Positions 53,429-62,385 of a stretch of DNA of 64,000 nucleotides are shown piece by piece (the stretch's first letter is position 1; each line of letters begins with the position of its first letter). The stretch comes from a virus (lineage: Duplodnaviria > Caudoviricetes). The position numbers were made by a program, and so were the translations under genes. The notes beneath the pieces were generated by a model, which did no database searches, was not told the DNA's origin, and saw only the letters and a program-made list of their open reading frames with translations. Where the stretch lies: positions 32,001 through 96,000 of the IMG/VR virus record IMGVR_UViG_3300033463_000014; one strand, given 5' to 3'.

Positions 53429-53926
53429 TTACCTGTCGTAGCCGTCGCCGTATCCGGATCCGTATCCGTCGCCGTATCCGTCGCCATAGCCGTCGCCATA
53501 GCCGTCGCCTTCGCCGGCGCCGTAGCCGTTGCCGGAGCCGAATCCGGCGCCGTAGCCGTTGCCGGAGCCGAATCCAGAGCCGTCTTCGTCGCCGGAGCCG
53601 TCGCCGTAGCCGTCTCCATAGCCGTAGCCTTCGCCGTCGCCTTCGCCTGAGCCGTAGCCGCGGACGTAGCTGTCTCCGGAGCCGTAGCCGTTGCCGGAGC
53701 CGAATCCGGCGCCGTTGCCGTAGCCGTATCCAGAGCCGTCTTCGTCGCCGGAGCCGTCGCCGTAGCCGTATCCAGAGCCGTCTTCGTCGCCGGAGCCGTC
53801 GCCTTCGCCAGATCCGTCGCCGTATCCTGAGCCGGAGCCGTATCCGGGTTCTGAATCGGGACTGAAACCGAAGTGCAGTCCGACTTCATCAGGATCAATC
53901 ATTATCGTCTTCGATAAACTTCTCAT
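53429..53926 (-). CDS. Glycine-repeat (G-x)n protein, copy 1 (acidic)
   Basis: 165 aa of GYGDGSGDEDGS repeats directly downstream of a DUF6948-like gene. Confidence 0.55.
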   Translation of the reverse strand: MRSLSKTIMIDPDEVGLHFGFSPDSEPGYGSGSGYGDGSGEGDGSGDEDGSGYGYGDGSGDEDGSGYGYGNGAGFGSGNGYGSGDSYVRGYGSGEGDGEGYGYGDGYGDGSGDEDGSGFGSGNGYGAGFGSGNGYGAGEGDGYGDGYGDGYGDGYGSGYGDGYDR

Positions 53927-54305
53927 AGGTTTCCCACGCGTGGTCGGTCACGGGAATGTACTCGATCGCGTTTGTCAAGACGACCTCGTCCGTCCTGTTA
54001 AGCCTTCCACTTGCGATCCCGTTGTGCGCGACGGCCGAGAGCGACAATCCCCCTCCGCTCCATTTCCAGAGACGGAGCGCATCCTTCAGATGGCACTCCG
54101 TAGCATTGTCCGGGTTAACCGACACCAAAGTGCCGATATGGACACCTGCCGAATAGGACCTGACAAGCACGCGCTTCCCGATCATAGGATGCCGCCAAAC
54201 CGGACGGCTGGCCTCCTTCACATTGCCTTCTTCCTTCACATCGCCTTCTTCCTCCATACCGACGATCTTCTCCAAAATTCCGATAAGCCTCTCATACTTT
54301 CCCAT
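53895..54305 (-). CDS. DUF6948-like phage protein, copy 1
   Basis: Start moved to ATG 54305 (GGAGGAG RBS); IGKRVLVRSYSAGVHIGTL...LKDALRLWKW...LSLSAVAHNGI...EYIPVT. Confidence 0.7.
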   Translation of the reverse strand: MGKYERLIGILEKIVGMEEEGDVKEEGNVKEASRPVWRHPMIGKRVLVRSYSAGVHIGTLVSVNPDNATECHLKDALRLWKWSGGGLSLSAVAHNGIASGRLNRTDEVVLTNAIEYIPVTDHAWETYEKFIEDDND

Positions 54306-54336
54306 AATCCAAAGTCTCCTCCGATTTTCGTTCTGC

Positions 54337-54413
54337 AAAAGAAAAAACCCGCCGCCGCCAATTCATTAAGCGCTCGCACCCCTCCAACGGGGGCCGTCCG
54401 CGACGGCGGCGGG
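54337..54413 (-). terminator. Large-loop terminator/attenuator-like structure
   Basis: CCCGCCGCCG...CGGCGGCGGG 10-bp stem (13 with G-U pairs) enclosing about 40 nt, followed by TTTTTTCTTTT. Confidence 0.5.
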
Positions 54414-54557
54414 CATCCCTGCACCCGCCGGGAACATTTTGTCCTGCATGATTCCGTTCCAGACTCGCTCGAACATCTCGTATAGGGCGTACGACGCGTC
54501 TTGTGACAGGTGGTAAACGCTCTCGTCGGTGTCCATTATGACATACGTGTCCTTCAT
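54366..54557 (-). CDS. Hypothetical protein
   Basis: 63 aa; GAGG RBS; stop codon lies inside the structured element. Confidence 0.45.
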   Translation of the reverse strand: MKDTYVIMDTDESVYHLSQDASYALYEMFERVWNGIMQDKMFPAGAGMPAAVADGPRWRGASA

Positions 54558-54566
54558 GTAGCGACC

Positions 54567-55070
54567 TCACCGCGTCGTCTCCAAGATGGCCTCGTCCGCC
54601 TTGAGCACTAGGTCGCTGACGGACTTTGCGAGTGTCTTCACAATATGCTTCTTGATCTGCTCGCCCATTATCTGGAACACCCAGTTGCCCTGGCCGACCT
54701 CGAACAAAGCCATGTTTTCGTCGACGCGCTGCTCGATGGACTTCCTGAGTTCGTCTGACATCTCTGAAACCTGATGCAGAATCTCTGCGTTGAACGACCT
54801 CCTGACCTCGGCCCTGATGTGCTCACGCGCTTCATTCGTCAGCCTGACCATGTTGTCGTCCCTGTGGGGATACCAGATGCCGAGGGTTGTGCTGTTTTGA
54901 ATCACGGCGAGAATCAGCTTGTCGATTCTCTCTGACACCTGTTGCTTCACCTGCTCCTTGATTACCTTCTCCACCAGCTCGGCGACGTCGAGCCCCTGAA
55001 AGGTCATCATGATCTGCTCCTGTTTGGGCATTTTGGCGCTCTTGCGCCTTGAGTTTGTTGCTTTGCTCAT
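54567..55070 (-). CDS. Hypothetical protein
   Basis: 167 aa helical; AAGGAG RBS. Confidence 0.6.
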   Translation of the reverse strand: MSKATNSRRKSAKMPKQEQIMMTFQGLDVAELVEKVIKEQVKQQVSERIDKLILAVIQNSTTLGIWYPHRDDNMVRLTNEAREHIRAEVRRSFNAEILHQVSEMSDELRKSIEQRVDENMALFEVGQGNWVFQIMGEQIKKHIVKTLAKSVSDLVLKADEAILETTR

Positions 55071-55074
55071 TTTT

Positions 55075-56106
55075 TCAGTCTCCTTTGTTGTTATCTTTTT
55101 CCGACTCCGCCTGCTTCCTGGCGAGTGGGAACTTTTCCCCCATGACCGCTTCGTACAGCGCGAGCATGTTTTCGCGGGGTATCCTGTGGCAGCCGATCTG
55201 GATCGTGTCTCCCTCGTATCTAACGATGGAGTAGGGTCCTATCTTCATCGTGCGCATGTCCTTCCCGAGCGCCCACAGCCTCAGCAGCACCTTCGCCTCG
55301 TCCAGCGGGACGCTGACGCGCTCCGACGTCCTGATGCAGTTGTTTTCGGGCTCCGGCCACACGTACGCCGCGTTCCTGTCGATCTTTTTCCGGAACATCG
55401 TCCTCTGGTAGCGGTCGAACGGGAACCTCTCGCTGTGGTATCCAACGTCGAAGACCGCGCGCACGAACTCGCAGTAGTCCGCGCCAGACGTCTCCCCCTT
55501 CGGAAGGTACTTTGCGAACAGGATGCGCGTCTCGGCGGCGCGCTCCGCAGCCTCCCTGCGCCTCTTCGCCTGTAGCTCCTTCGCCATCTTCTCGACATCC
55601 ATCGCCTCGAACCGCTTGAACCTACGGTCGCGGAGGGGCCTCGCCCATTCCTCGCACGAAAGCTCCATTACCTTTTTGCGGCACGCCATGAGATTCGCGA
55701 ACTCGCGGCGGTTGCCGATCGTGTTCAGCTGGCCGGTTAGTCTCTCGAGGGCCTCGAGGAAGTTCTCCGCCACGCCTCTCGGCGAGAAGTCGGAACACCC
55801 CCTTCTGAGCGGCACGGGCACGACCGTGAACGGGCTCGCCTGTAGCACATACGATATGTGCTTTGACGTCGTTTTGCTCATCGAGTAATATGATATGAGC
55901 GTCAGCCCAGTCTCAGGATCATTCGTGCGGACGTCCTTCTCCTCCCTGTCCTTCGTCGGGACCACCTTCGCGATCGCCGTCGAGTAGCTGAAGGCCGTGG
56001 ACCCCCTGTATCTCAGCGAGCATCCGCGGTACGCGTGGCTCTCGTCTCTGTCGACGCCCTTGTAGTAGAAGTCGTGGGCCATCGACCAGTTTGTGTGACT
56101 TGACAT
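55075..56106 (-). CDS. Hypothetical protein
   Basis: 343 aa; FSYSTAIAK...YSMSKTTSKH...IRTSERVSVP...IQIGCHRIP. Confidence 0.65.
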   Translation of the reverse strand: MSSHTNWSMAHDFYYKGVDRDESHAYRGCSLRYRGSTAFSYSTAIAKVVPTKDREEKDVRTNDPETGLTLISYYSMSKTTSKHISYVLQASPFTVVPVPLRRGCSDFSPRGVAENFLEALERLTGQLNTIGNRREFANLMACRKKVMELSCEEWARPLRDRRFKRFEAMDVEKMAKELQAKRRREAAERAAETRILFAKYLPKGETSGADYCEFVRAVFDVGYHSERFPFDRYQRTMFRKKIDRNAAYVWPEPENNCIRTSERVSVPLDEAKVLLRLWALGKDMRTMKIGPYSIVRYEGDTIQIGCHRIPRENMLALYEAVMGEKFPLARKQAESEKDNNKGD

Positions 56107-56136
56107 GTTTACCTTCTTTCGTTCGTTCTTTCAGGC

Positions 56137-56475
56137 TCACGCAGCCACGGCCGGACGTAGCGTCCAGCCGTCGTCTTCGAGCTGCGTCTCAACGGGCCCG
56201 TACAGCCACGCTGGGAGCCGATTGTCCGCCCCCTTCGGGACCAGTGACACGATCTCGCGGACGCACCGTACGTCGGCGGCGTCCACGAGTTCGATGATCT
56301 TCTTACACAGCAAGTCTCTGGTCCCATGCGTGGTGCATGGCATGGTTCCGTCAAGAAACCTCCCCATGGCGAGCAGCGTCAGTTTCCCGTTCCAGTAGAT
56401 CCGATCCGTGACGCGTTCGACGTTTTCCTTCACGACCGTCTTCACACGGTCGAATTTAATCGACTTTTCAGACAT
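56137..56475 (-). CDS. Hypothetical protein
   Basis: 112 aa; GGAGGAG RBS. Confidence 0.55.
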   Translation of the reverse strand: MSEKSIKFDRVKTVVKENVERVTDRIYWNGKLTLLAMGRFLDGTMPCTTHGTRDLLCKKIIELVDAADVRCVREIVSLVPKGADNRLPAWLYGPVETQLEDDGWTLRPAVAA

Positions 56476-56544
56476 GATTCTCGATCTCCTCCCCGATACC
56501 CGTTACGATCCGGTATAGATCCTCGTCAGTGTCAGTTCCCATGA

Positions 56545-56913
56545 TCACTCCTTGTCAACGTCACCGCTTCTGTCGGAGACTCCGGTTTCAAACAGTTCCC
56601 TGGCGTCCTCCACATCAGCGGCGCACAGGCTACTTACCTTCCACAGCCTGTAGATCTTCCTGAACGTCCTGTTCGCGCGCAGATGCCGAAGGAGGACATC
56701 GAGATCGACCTTTCCCTTTATCCTGTCGCGTTTAGGGTTCCAGACATACGCAGTAGCCATGAACGCGTCGCACACGTCTCCCTCGACCAGCTCGACCAAG
56801 ACGCTGACCGGGAAGGACTTCCTCTTCCCGGTGAAGGCGACCTTACCGAATTCAATCGTGCTGATCATTTTTCTGGGTTTCATCGTCGCCATCGACTTCC
56901 CTCTCTGTAGCAT
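56545..56913 (-). CDS. Hypothetical protein
   Basis: 122 aa in operon order. Confidence 0.5.
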   Translation of the reverse strand: MLQRGKSMATMKPRKMISTIEFGKVAFTGKRKSFPVSVLVELVEGDVCDAFMATAYVWNPKRDRIKGKVDLDVLLRHLRANRTFRKIYRLWKVSSLCAADVEDARELFETGVSDRSGDVDKE

Positions 56914-56924
56914 TCTCCCATTTC

Positions 56925-57173
56925 CTAGTCCTTTGACCTGTAGTTTTCGATTTGCTCACCCAGGCAATTCGCGGCGTCTAAGATGTGCCTGATCGCGGCC
57001 CTCACGAGGGTCTCCGCCGTCTCCATGGACATCAGGAAGTCTCCCTCGAACTCCCTCTCGTAGTCAAAGAGGATGCTGTACGCGTACGCGAGATGCTCGA
57101 CGCACTCCTTCTTCGCCTCGATGTAATCAGCAACCCCTTTAACCTCTTCCATGTCTTCTCTGTTTTTAGCCAT
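56925..57173 (-). CDS. Hypothetical protein
   Basis: 82 aa; AGGAG RBS. Confidence 0.55.
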   Translation of the reverse strand: MAKNREDMEEVKGVADYIEAKKECVEHLAYAYSILFDYEREFEGDFLMSMETAETLVRAAIRHILDAANCLGEQIENYRSKD

Positions 57174-57266
57174 ACCCTATCTCCTGAATAATGACCCGTC
57201 AATCAGATTGTCGCCATCGACTTCCGATTCTTGCGGATGTCGGTCGTTCCGATCTTCTTGATCATT

Positions 57267-57566
57267 TTAATTCTCCTTTCGTGTTTGCCATGTTTTCCTT
57301 AGCCCCATAGCATATTCGCCAGGGGGGATGTACCCTTTGTAGACGGACTGTGCAACACCCTTTACGAACACGACATTCGCGAGCGCGCAAAGTGTTTCCA
57401 CCCGCTCAAGGAACTCGTCTTCATCACAACTCTCGATCCTTTCCTCCGCAACACTTACCGCGAAGTCGGCGACAAACCTCGCCGCCCCGGTCGGATTCCT
57501 TGTCAGCATGTCCTTCAGCCAAGGCTGTACGTGGCCGGCGAACGTTACTTCCAACTTCATTCCCAT
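57267..57566 (-). CDS. Hypothetical protein
   Basis: Start moved to ATG 57566 (GGAGGAGG RBS); 99 aa. Confidence 0.5.
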   Translation of the reverse strand: MGMKLEVTFAGHVQPWLKDMLTRNPTGAARFVADFAVSVAEERIESCDEDEFLERVETLCALANVVFVKGVAQSVYKGYIPPGEYAMGLRKTWQTRKEN

Positions 57567-57681
57567 GTCATACCTCCTCCGCCTCGAATGTCGAGTGCTT
57601 GTATTATGACTACTCTCATCCCTTGGACCAGTCGTCCAGGCCCTTTTCAATCTTGTCGGCGAGCTCGGTACATGCGCTTCA

Positions 57682-57927
57682 TCAATCGAGCCTATTCCAG
57701 CCGTCGAACCGCATCATGCACTTCGGCGGCCGTGTCGGCTCGGGGTCCGCCTGTGTGACGGACTGCGTTTCTCTACCGTACGGATTGTCGACGGCGCAGC
57801 ACATTTCGATCGACCCCCTGTCGAGGAGGTCGTCGACATACTGTTCCGCCTCTTCTCCGTCTTCCGCCTTCACGGCGACCCGCAGGTGGCGCGTCTGGTC
57901 GATGTCTACGTAGAACCATCTTTTCAT
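57682..57927 (-). CDS. DpnD/PcfM-like small protein
   Basis: 81 aa; FYVDIDQTRHLRVAVKAEDGEEAEQYV pattern. Confidence 0.5.
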   Translation of the reverse strand: MKRWFYVDIDQTRHLRVAVKAEDGEEAEQYVDDLLDRGSIEMCCAVDNPYGRETQSVTQADPEPTRPPKCMMRFDGWNRLD

Positions 57928-58094
57928 GGATCAATTTTCCTCCATACCTGCGTCCCTTTCGGGAGCCGCCTGTAGCCATACCTGTCCCGGTACCACGCAC
58001 GGGCCTCGGCCTCCGAATACGCATACACGTCGGACGCGTAAACATGCCCCGGGATCCAGAGCATCCAATGTATCAACCGCTTCACATCCTTCAC
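57924..58094 (-). CDS. Hypothetical protein
   Basis: GTGA overlap start; 56 aa; VYAYSEAEARAWYR...RLPKGTQVW. Confidence 0.45.
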   Translation of the reverse strand: MKDVKRLIHWMLWIPGHVYASDVYAYSEAEARAWYRDRYGYRRLPKGTQVWRKIDP

Positions 58095-58534
58095 AGGCAG
58101 GCATCCTTCAGCGGGCACTTGCTGTCCTTGAGGATGGACCTCTTCGCGATGTCGATGATGCCCTTCGGAACGTCGGCCGGCCTGAACCCGTCCGAGGCGA
58201 CCACGCACTCCTTCCCGTCGGAACGTGTGCACCGAAGGACTACGGTGCTTCCGTAGATGCCCCACGCGTCAACGATCGCGTAGGCGTTATTCATGGGATC
58301 GTCCTGGTTCCACAGCATCACCAGCGTCCCCGGTTCCTGCTCGAGGGCCTCTACCCACTTCCACGGCATCGCCAGAAACATGATCTTTGGCGCGGGCATT
58401 CCTGCTCCGTACTGCATGCGATATGCAGTTGTGTACCTCTGGTACATTTCGTCGCATTTTGCCTCGAGTTCCTTTGCATCACTGCTGATGTGTATAGCGG
58501 GGCGGCTCCCCGCCAGTTTCTCCAACACGTTCAT
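58091..58534 (-). CDS. Hypothetical protein
   Basis: 147 aa; AAGGAG RBS; ATGA overlap. Confidence 0.55.
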   Translation of the reverse strand: MNVLEKLAGSRPAIHISSDAKELEAKCDEMYQRYTTAYRMQYGAGMPAPKIMFLAMPWKWVEALEQEPGTLVMLWNQDDPMNNAYAIVDAWGIYGSTVVLRCTRSDGKECVVASDGFRPADVPKGIIDIAKRSILKDSKCPLKDACL

Positions 58535-58743
58535 TCCGCTTCTCCTTTCTTTTCTTCATCAGGCTCGTATGGCCACGGAGCGTTTGGGCACATGTCGTGT
58601 CCGAGTATCGCGCGCAGGAATCCGGACTTGTCACAGCATGGATAGTCCTCTCCAGGCGCATAGGACGCGACCTTGCAATGTCCGCACGTCTTCCAGTTTC
58701 TGTCACATTTCGATGTTATAGGAGAGTATTTCCTCATCGTCAT
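58531..58743 (-). CDS. Small Cys-rich hypothetical protein
   Basis: Start moved to ATG 58743; 70 aa; CGHC, CC, C. Confidence 0.45.
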   Translation of the reverse strand: MTMRKYSPITSKCDRNWKTCGHCKVASYAPGEDYPCCDKSGFLRAILGHDMCPNAPWPYEPDEEKKGEAE

Positions 58744-58748
58744 TGACC

Positions 58749-59051
58749 CTACTCGTTTTTCTCGATCTCCTCGTTTTCCTCCGATGGCTGCGGCTCGAAG
58801 CACAGACTCTCCCCGCACCCGCCGTAGCTCCATATCGCGACGTCGCGGAGGCGGAAGTCACCGTTGGCGCAAAAGTCGAGCGTTATCTGGTCCACGTCCG
58901 ACATCGGCTCCTCGGACCTTCTGTCCCACTTCACGCCCGCGCTCTTGAGCGCATTGACCATCGCCGCCACTGCGTCCTCGAACGCCGCGCGCTGGGCAAG
59001 ATTCAGCTTCAGGTAGTCTTCGTAGCCGTCGTACTTTTCGCGCTTGGTCAT
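58749..59051 (-). CDS. Hypothetical protein
   Basis: ATG 59051 overlaps the upstream TGA; 100 aa. Confidence 0.5.
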   Translation of the reverse strand: MTKREKYDGYEDYLKLNLAQRAAFEDAVAAMVNALKSAGVKWDRRSEEPMSDVDQITLDFCANGDFRLRDVAIWSYGGCGESLCFEPQPSEENEEIEKNE

Positions 59052-59611
59052 TCGTCCTTGTCCTTCCAGTCGCGCCAGACGCGGCGCGCAGTCTTTCTCA
59101 CGAACTTGGCGAAGTCTTCCCACGAGCGGTAGCCAACAGGGGCGCCCAGATCCATCCTATCAATGTAGCCGTTGCGGCCCTTCGTGAAGACCATTCCCCA
59201 CTTGAGGTCGATGGACTCGTCGGTGTCGTCGACGTGCCCCTCCTCGAGCTCCGGGTCAGCCTTGGCCATCGCCTCGGTGACGTACGGCATCTCGAAGTCG
59301 ATGTCGTAGTCGCACTGCATGATGTTGTTGTGCGTCTGCCGGCCGATCTTCCAGCAGATGCGCCAGCCTTGGTCCACCTCCTTCGGGTCGACAGGCGGGC
59401 AGAACGCGGGCCGGAGCTCGCCGTTCTTGCCGCACCATTTCTCCTCGGACGCCGGGCCGTAGCCGGACTGCCAGCCCATGCAGACGCAGTACCGGTACTT
59501 GTCGGTGCTCGCGAAGTGGATGGAGCAGCAGCCCGCCTGTTCGCGGACGAGCCACTCCCACCACCTCTTGAGCTCCTTTCCGGTGACTTCCTTGAGGTCA
59601 CATGTCCTCAT
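59048..59611 (-). CDS. Hypothetical protein
   Basis: 187 aa; AGGAG RBS; ICWKIG...MQCDYDIDFEMPY. Confidence 0.6.
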   Translation of the reverse strand: MRTCDLKEVTGKELKRWWEWLVREQAGCCSIHFASTDKYRYCVCMGWQSGYGPASEEKWCGKNGELRPAFCPPVDPKEVDQGWRICWKIGRQTHNNIMQCDYDIDFEMPYVTEAMAKADPELEEGHVDDTDESIDLKWGMVFTKGRNGYIDRMDLGAPVGYRSWEDFAKFVRKTARRVWRDWKDKDE

Positions 59612-59927
59612 CGCAGGTCTCCTGTTTTAATCTCCTGTGATCTACGAGATAGGCCATCTCGTGCATGGTTCGCCCCAACAGCCAGTGCTTGCTGAACCCC
59701 GGGTCGGGTTCGTAAGGGAGTCTGTTGTTCCGAAATTCTATGGACAGCCGGACAAGCGCCTTCCGGCGCGTCCCGAACTTGAACCCCTGGACGTACTCCT
59801 TCCTGTGGCGGTCGAGTATACACCACCATATCTTCCCGTCCAGCGCGATGCGCTTGACCGGCTCGAACCTCGACTGCCCGAACCGGACGCACCGACACTG
59901 CGGGTACCTTTGGTCACTCGTCCTCAT
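59598..59927 (-). CDS. Hypothetical protein
   Basis: 109 aa; AAGGAGG RBS. Confidence 0.55.
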   Translation of the reverse strand: MRTSDQRYPQCRCVRFGQSRFEPVKRIALDGKIWWCILDRHRKEYVQGFKFGTRRKALVRLSIEFRNNRLPYEPDPGFSKHWLLGRTMHEMAYLVDHRRLKQETCDEDM

Positions 59928-59999
59928 TGTCTATTTCCTCCTTGATAATCAGTCAGTCTCCTCTACCTCGAAGGTCGCGTTAAGATGAGACGCGCACCT

Positions 60000-60203
60000 T
60001 CATCTGAACCTCTTTCCGCTGTCCGTGTCCGTTAACCGGTATCCCTGCCTGAGGTTGGACAGGGCCGTCACCGCACGGTCCCTCTCGGAACCATCCGTTC
60101 CTGCTATCCAGGCCATCAGGTAGTCTTCGTATTCTTTTTTGCTATGGAACGTGAACGACTTCCCGTAAGCGACGATCCCATACTTTTCCCCTTTTCCGCT
60201 CAT
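60000..60203 (-). CDS. Hypothetical protein
   Basis: ATG 60203 overlaps the upstream TGA; 67 aa; WIAGTDGSERDR. Confidence 0.5.
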   Translation of the reverse strand: MSGKGEKYGIVAYGKSFTFHSKKEYEDYLMAWIAGTDGSERDRAVTALSNLRQGYRLTDTDSGKRFR

Positions 60204-60478
60204 GCACGTCTCCCAGGCCTCTTTTTCAGATATTCTCTCTCCACATCGTCTGTCTCTAAGCGGAGCATGTCCCATAAGCCGTCCATGTCAACGCACAAGC
60301 CAAGCTCATCGTTCATCGTCGCGTTGTCCTCAAGGAACCTTCCCCATGTTCCGGCAATCATCATGTCCGCTATCAGCTTGAAAGCAGGCCTAGTCTCAGG
60401 GGACGCGTCATCGTACACGGACCTCTTAGCGAACTTTACCCATTCGATGTCATTCTCGTTCTCTGTCATCATCCACAT
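60200..60478 (-). CDS. Hypothetical protein
   Basis: 92 aa in operon order. Confidence 0.5.
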   Translation of the reverse strand: MWMMTENENDIEWVKFAKRSVYDDASPETRPAFKLIADMMIAGTWGRFLEDNATMNDELGLCVDMDGLWDMLRLETDDVEREYLKKRPGRRA

Positions 60479-60480
60479 GA

Positions 60481-60744
60481 CTAATCCTCTTCGTCTTCTT
60501 TTTTTTCCCCTCCCTCCGATACGGGCACGGACTTGACCGGCCGGTATTCCCAGCCGCCCCTGCGGTCCTGAACGAACACCACCGTGTCGTCCTCGACCTG
60601 GATGTCAAGGTCGTCCCAGTCGCAGAGCGGCGCGGCGTTGGCGATCTTTAACGCCTTATCCTCGGCCTCTTCCGTGGATCCCGCCTCGACCTCAACTAGT
60701 TTCTCCAACAGTTTCGTAAGCGTCACCGTGTATTCGAACGCCAT
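60481..60744 (-). CDS. DpnD/PcfM-like small protein
   Basis: 87 aa; YTVTLTKLLEKLVEVEAGSTEEAEDKA pattern. Confidence 0.55.
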   Translation of the reverse strand: MAFEYTVTLTKLLEKLVEVEAGSTEEAEDKALKIANAAPLCDWDDLDIQVEDDTVVFVQDRRGGWEYRPVKSVPVSEGGEKKEDEED

Positions 60745-60791
60745 ATCCTTCTCCTTTTCCTATTCCGCTTCATCCACCTCATAGGTGGTGT

Positions 60792-61223
60792 TCAGGTTTG
60801 AAGCTTGTTCCACCTCGCCACAGCCTCTTGATCCGTAATTGCCCAGGTTTCGGTCTGCGGACTATAGCGACACTTCTGGCAGCGCACATAAGAGCCGCCG
60901 TCATACGTCGGATGCACGATCCTTGCCCCGTCCTCGCCGCACCTTGGGCACGGCAGGGGGATTACAGGCTCGGAAGCGATCGTCTGGTGGACGGGTGATG
61001 GCCGGACGGAAATGCGGGGCTCGCCGTCGTCGTCGCTCGCCTCGAACCCGTCAGTCCACACGCACACTTCACCCGAGTCAACGAGGCCGCGTATTTTCTG
61101 CGCGGCCTCCTTCTTACTCCAGGCGTCAACGTCGTAGACCTTCTTGACGGTCCACCTTACCTCAACTTCGTATCTCTTCAGATGTCCTTGTTCGTCGGTG
61201 CCAAGCGTAATGTATCTGCTCAT
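60792..61223 (-). CDS. DpnD/PcfM-like domain fused to a Lar (restriction alleviation)-like Zn ribbon
   Basis: 143 aa; N-term YEVEVRWTVKKVYDVDAWSKKEA; C-term LPCPRCG...YVRCQKC...EAVARWN. Confidence 0.55.
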   Translation of the reverse strand: MSRYITLGTDEQGHLKRYEVEVRWTVKKVYDVDAWSKKEAAQKIRGLVDSGEVCVWTDGFEASDDDGEPRISVRPSPVHQTIASEPVIPLPCPRCGEDGARIVHPTYDGGSYVRCQKCRYSPQTETWAITDQEAVARWNKLQT

Positions 61224-61279
61224 GGCGATACCTCATTTCCCTCAGTATCACTTTCGTCTTTGTCGTCGACGCGTATTTC

Positions 61280-61579
61280 TTATACGAAATTTCCCCAGTC
61301 TTTGAGCGCGCCGACCCTGTCCCAGTCCCTTATCGGGTTGTCGTCACACCTGACACCGAGCGCGTAGAGAAGCGCTCCGTCGATCGTGTCGAATGATTCG
61401 ATGAACACGTCCTTCCCCGTTGATGAGTCCACGACTTCGAACTTGCCATTGACCGACAGGTTTGGCGGCAGGATCCACACTCCGATTTTCGGCTTACGAA
61501 GCAGGCATCCGGCACGGATAACCCGTTCGGACTCCGTCATCTCTTTGGCGTTCTGTACAAACGTTATCTTCATACCCAC
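61280..61579 (-). CDS. Hypothetical protein
   Basis: 99 aa; FEVVDSSTGKDVFIESFDT. Confidence 0.55.
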   Translation of the reverse strand: MGMKITFVQNAKEMTESERVIRAGCLLRKPKIGVWILPPNLSVNGKFEVVDSSTGKDVFIESFDTIDGALLYALGVRCDDNPIRDWDRVGALKDWGNFV

Positions 61580-61652
61580 GTCCTTTCCTTATAGTGAACA
61601 ATGGTTCTCCCACACCACGGTGGATTTCTCCGGGTTCACTTTGACCCGAAGC

Positions 61653-62003
61653 TCAACCGAGTACCGGCTTCGGCAGTGTTACACACAGCTGAATGACGGA
61701 TTCTCCGTTTAGGACGATCGATCCGTTCGTCAGAACGGGCGTCGGTTCGATGACGCGAATTTCCGGCGTAAGATTCAGTAGAGCTTCGCCGTCGAGAATG
61801 CGCGAGCGCTTGAGTTTTTGGTGCAGTTCGCTCCCGAGCTTCGCCCGGATGCTCGTCGTCACGTAAGAATTGTCGTTCACGCAAAGCATGACAGGCGAGC
61901 AAATAGCGGGCAAGACGCTTCGTAGCGTGAGTCTGCCCTCTTTCTTTAGGTTAAGCGTCACCGACTCGGTGTTAGCCGGTATGTCCAGATCGATCTTCTG
62001 CAT
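61653..62003 (-). CDS. Hypothetical protein, tandem duplicate A
   Basis: 116 aa; GAGGAG RBS; near-identical N-terminus to the 62014-62385 ORF. Confidence 0.55.
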   Translation of the reverse strand: MQKIDLDIPANTESVTLNLKKEGRLTLRSVLPAICSPVMLCVNDNSYVTTSIRAKLGSELHQKLKRSRILDGEALLNLTPEIRVIEPTPVLTNGSIVLNGESVIQLCVTLPKPVLG

Positions 62004-62013
62004 TGTCTTCTCC

Positions 62014-62385
62014 TCATCTTACTTCTGTTTCCTGCACGTTCCTTCCGCGAGAGCGGCAGTCCACCTTCGGCGGCGTCACACATAGCTGAAGGACGATCGA
62101 TCCGTTCAGCACGATGATGCTGATTTCTGGCGCGAGGTTCAGGATAGCTTCGCCCTCGAGGATGCGCGAGCGCTCGAGGATGCGCGAGCGCTCAAGCTTT
62201 TTGAGCAGGTCGCTCCCGCTCTTAGCCCGGATACTCGTCGTCACGTAAGACTCGTAGTTCACGCAGAGCATGACAGGCGAATGAATAGCGGGCAAGACGC
62301 TTCGCAGCGTGAGTCTGCCCTCTTTCTTTAGGTTCGGCGTTACCGATTCGGTGTTCGCCGGAATATCCAGATCAATCTTCTGCAT
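62014..62385 (-). CDS. Hypothetical protein, tandem duplicate B
   Basis: 123 aa; AAGGAG RBS; internal ERSRIL duplication. Confidence 0.55.
   Translation of the reverse strand: MQKIDLDIPANTESVTPNLKKEGRLTLRSVLPAIHSPVMLCVNYESYVTTSIRAKSGSDLLKKLERSRILERSRILEGEAILNLAPEISIIVLNGSIVLQLCVTPPKVDCRSRGRNVQETEVR

Noticed and set aside
52534-53898. Arg-rich (52534-52956) and Thr/Ala-rich (53389-53898) alternative-frame ORFs, and a possible CRISPR-like array
   Set aside because: Open frames are a by-product of 6-nt periodic Gly-X codons; there are no constant repeats with unique spacers. The Gly frame is preferred but not proven.
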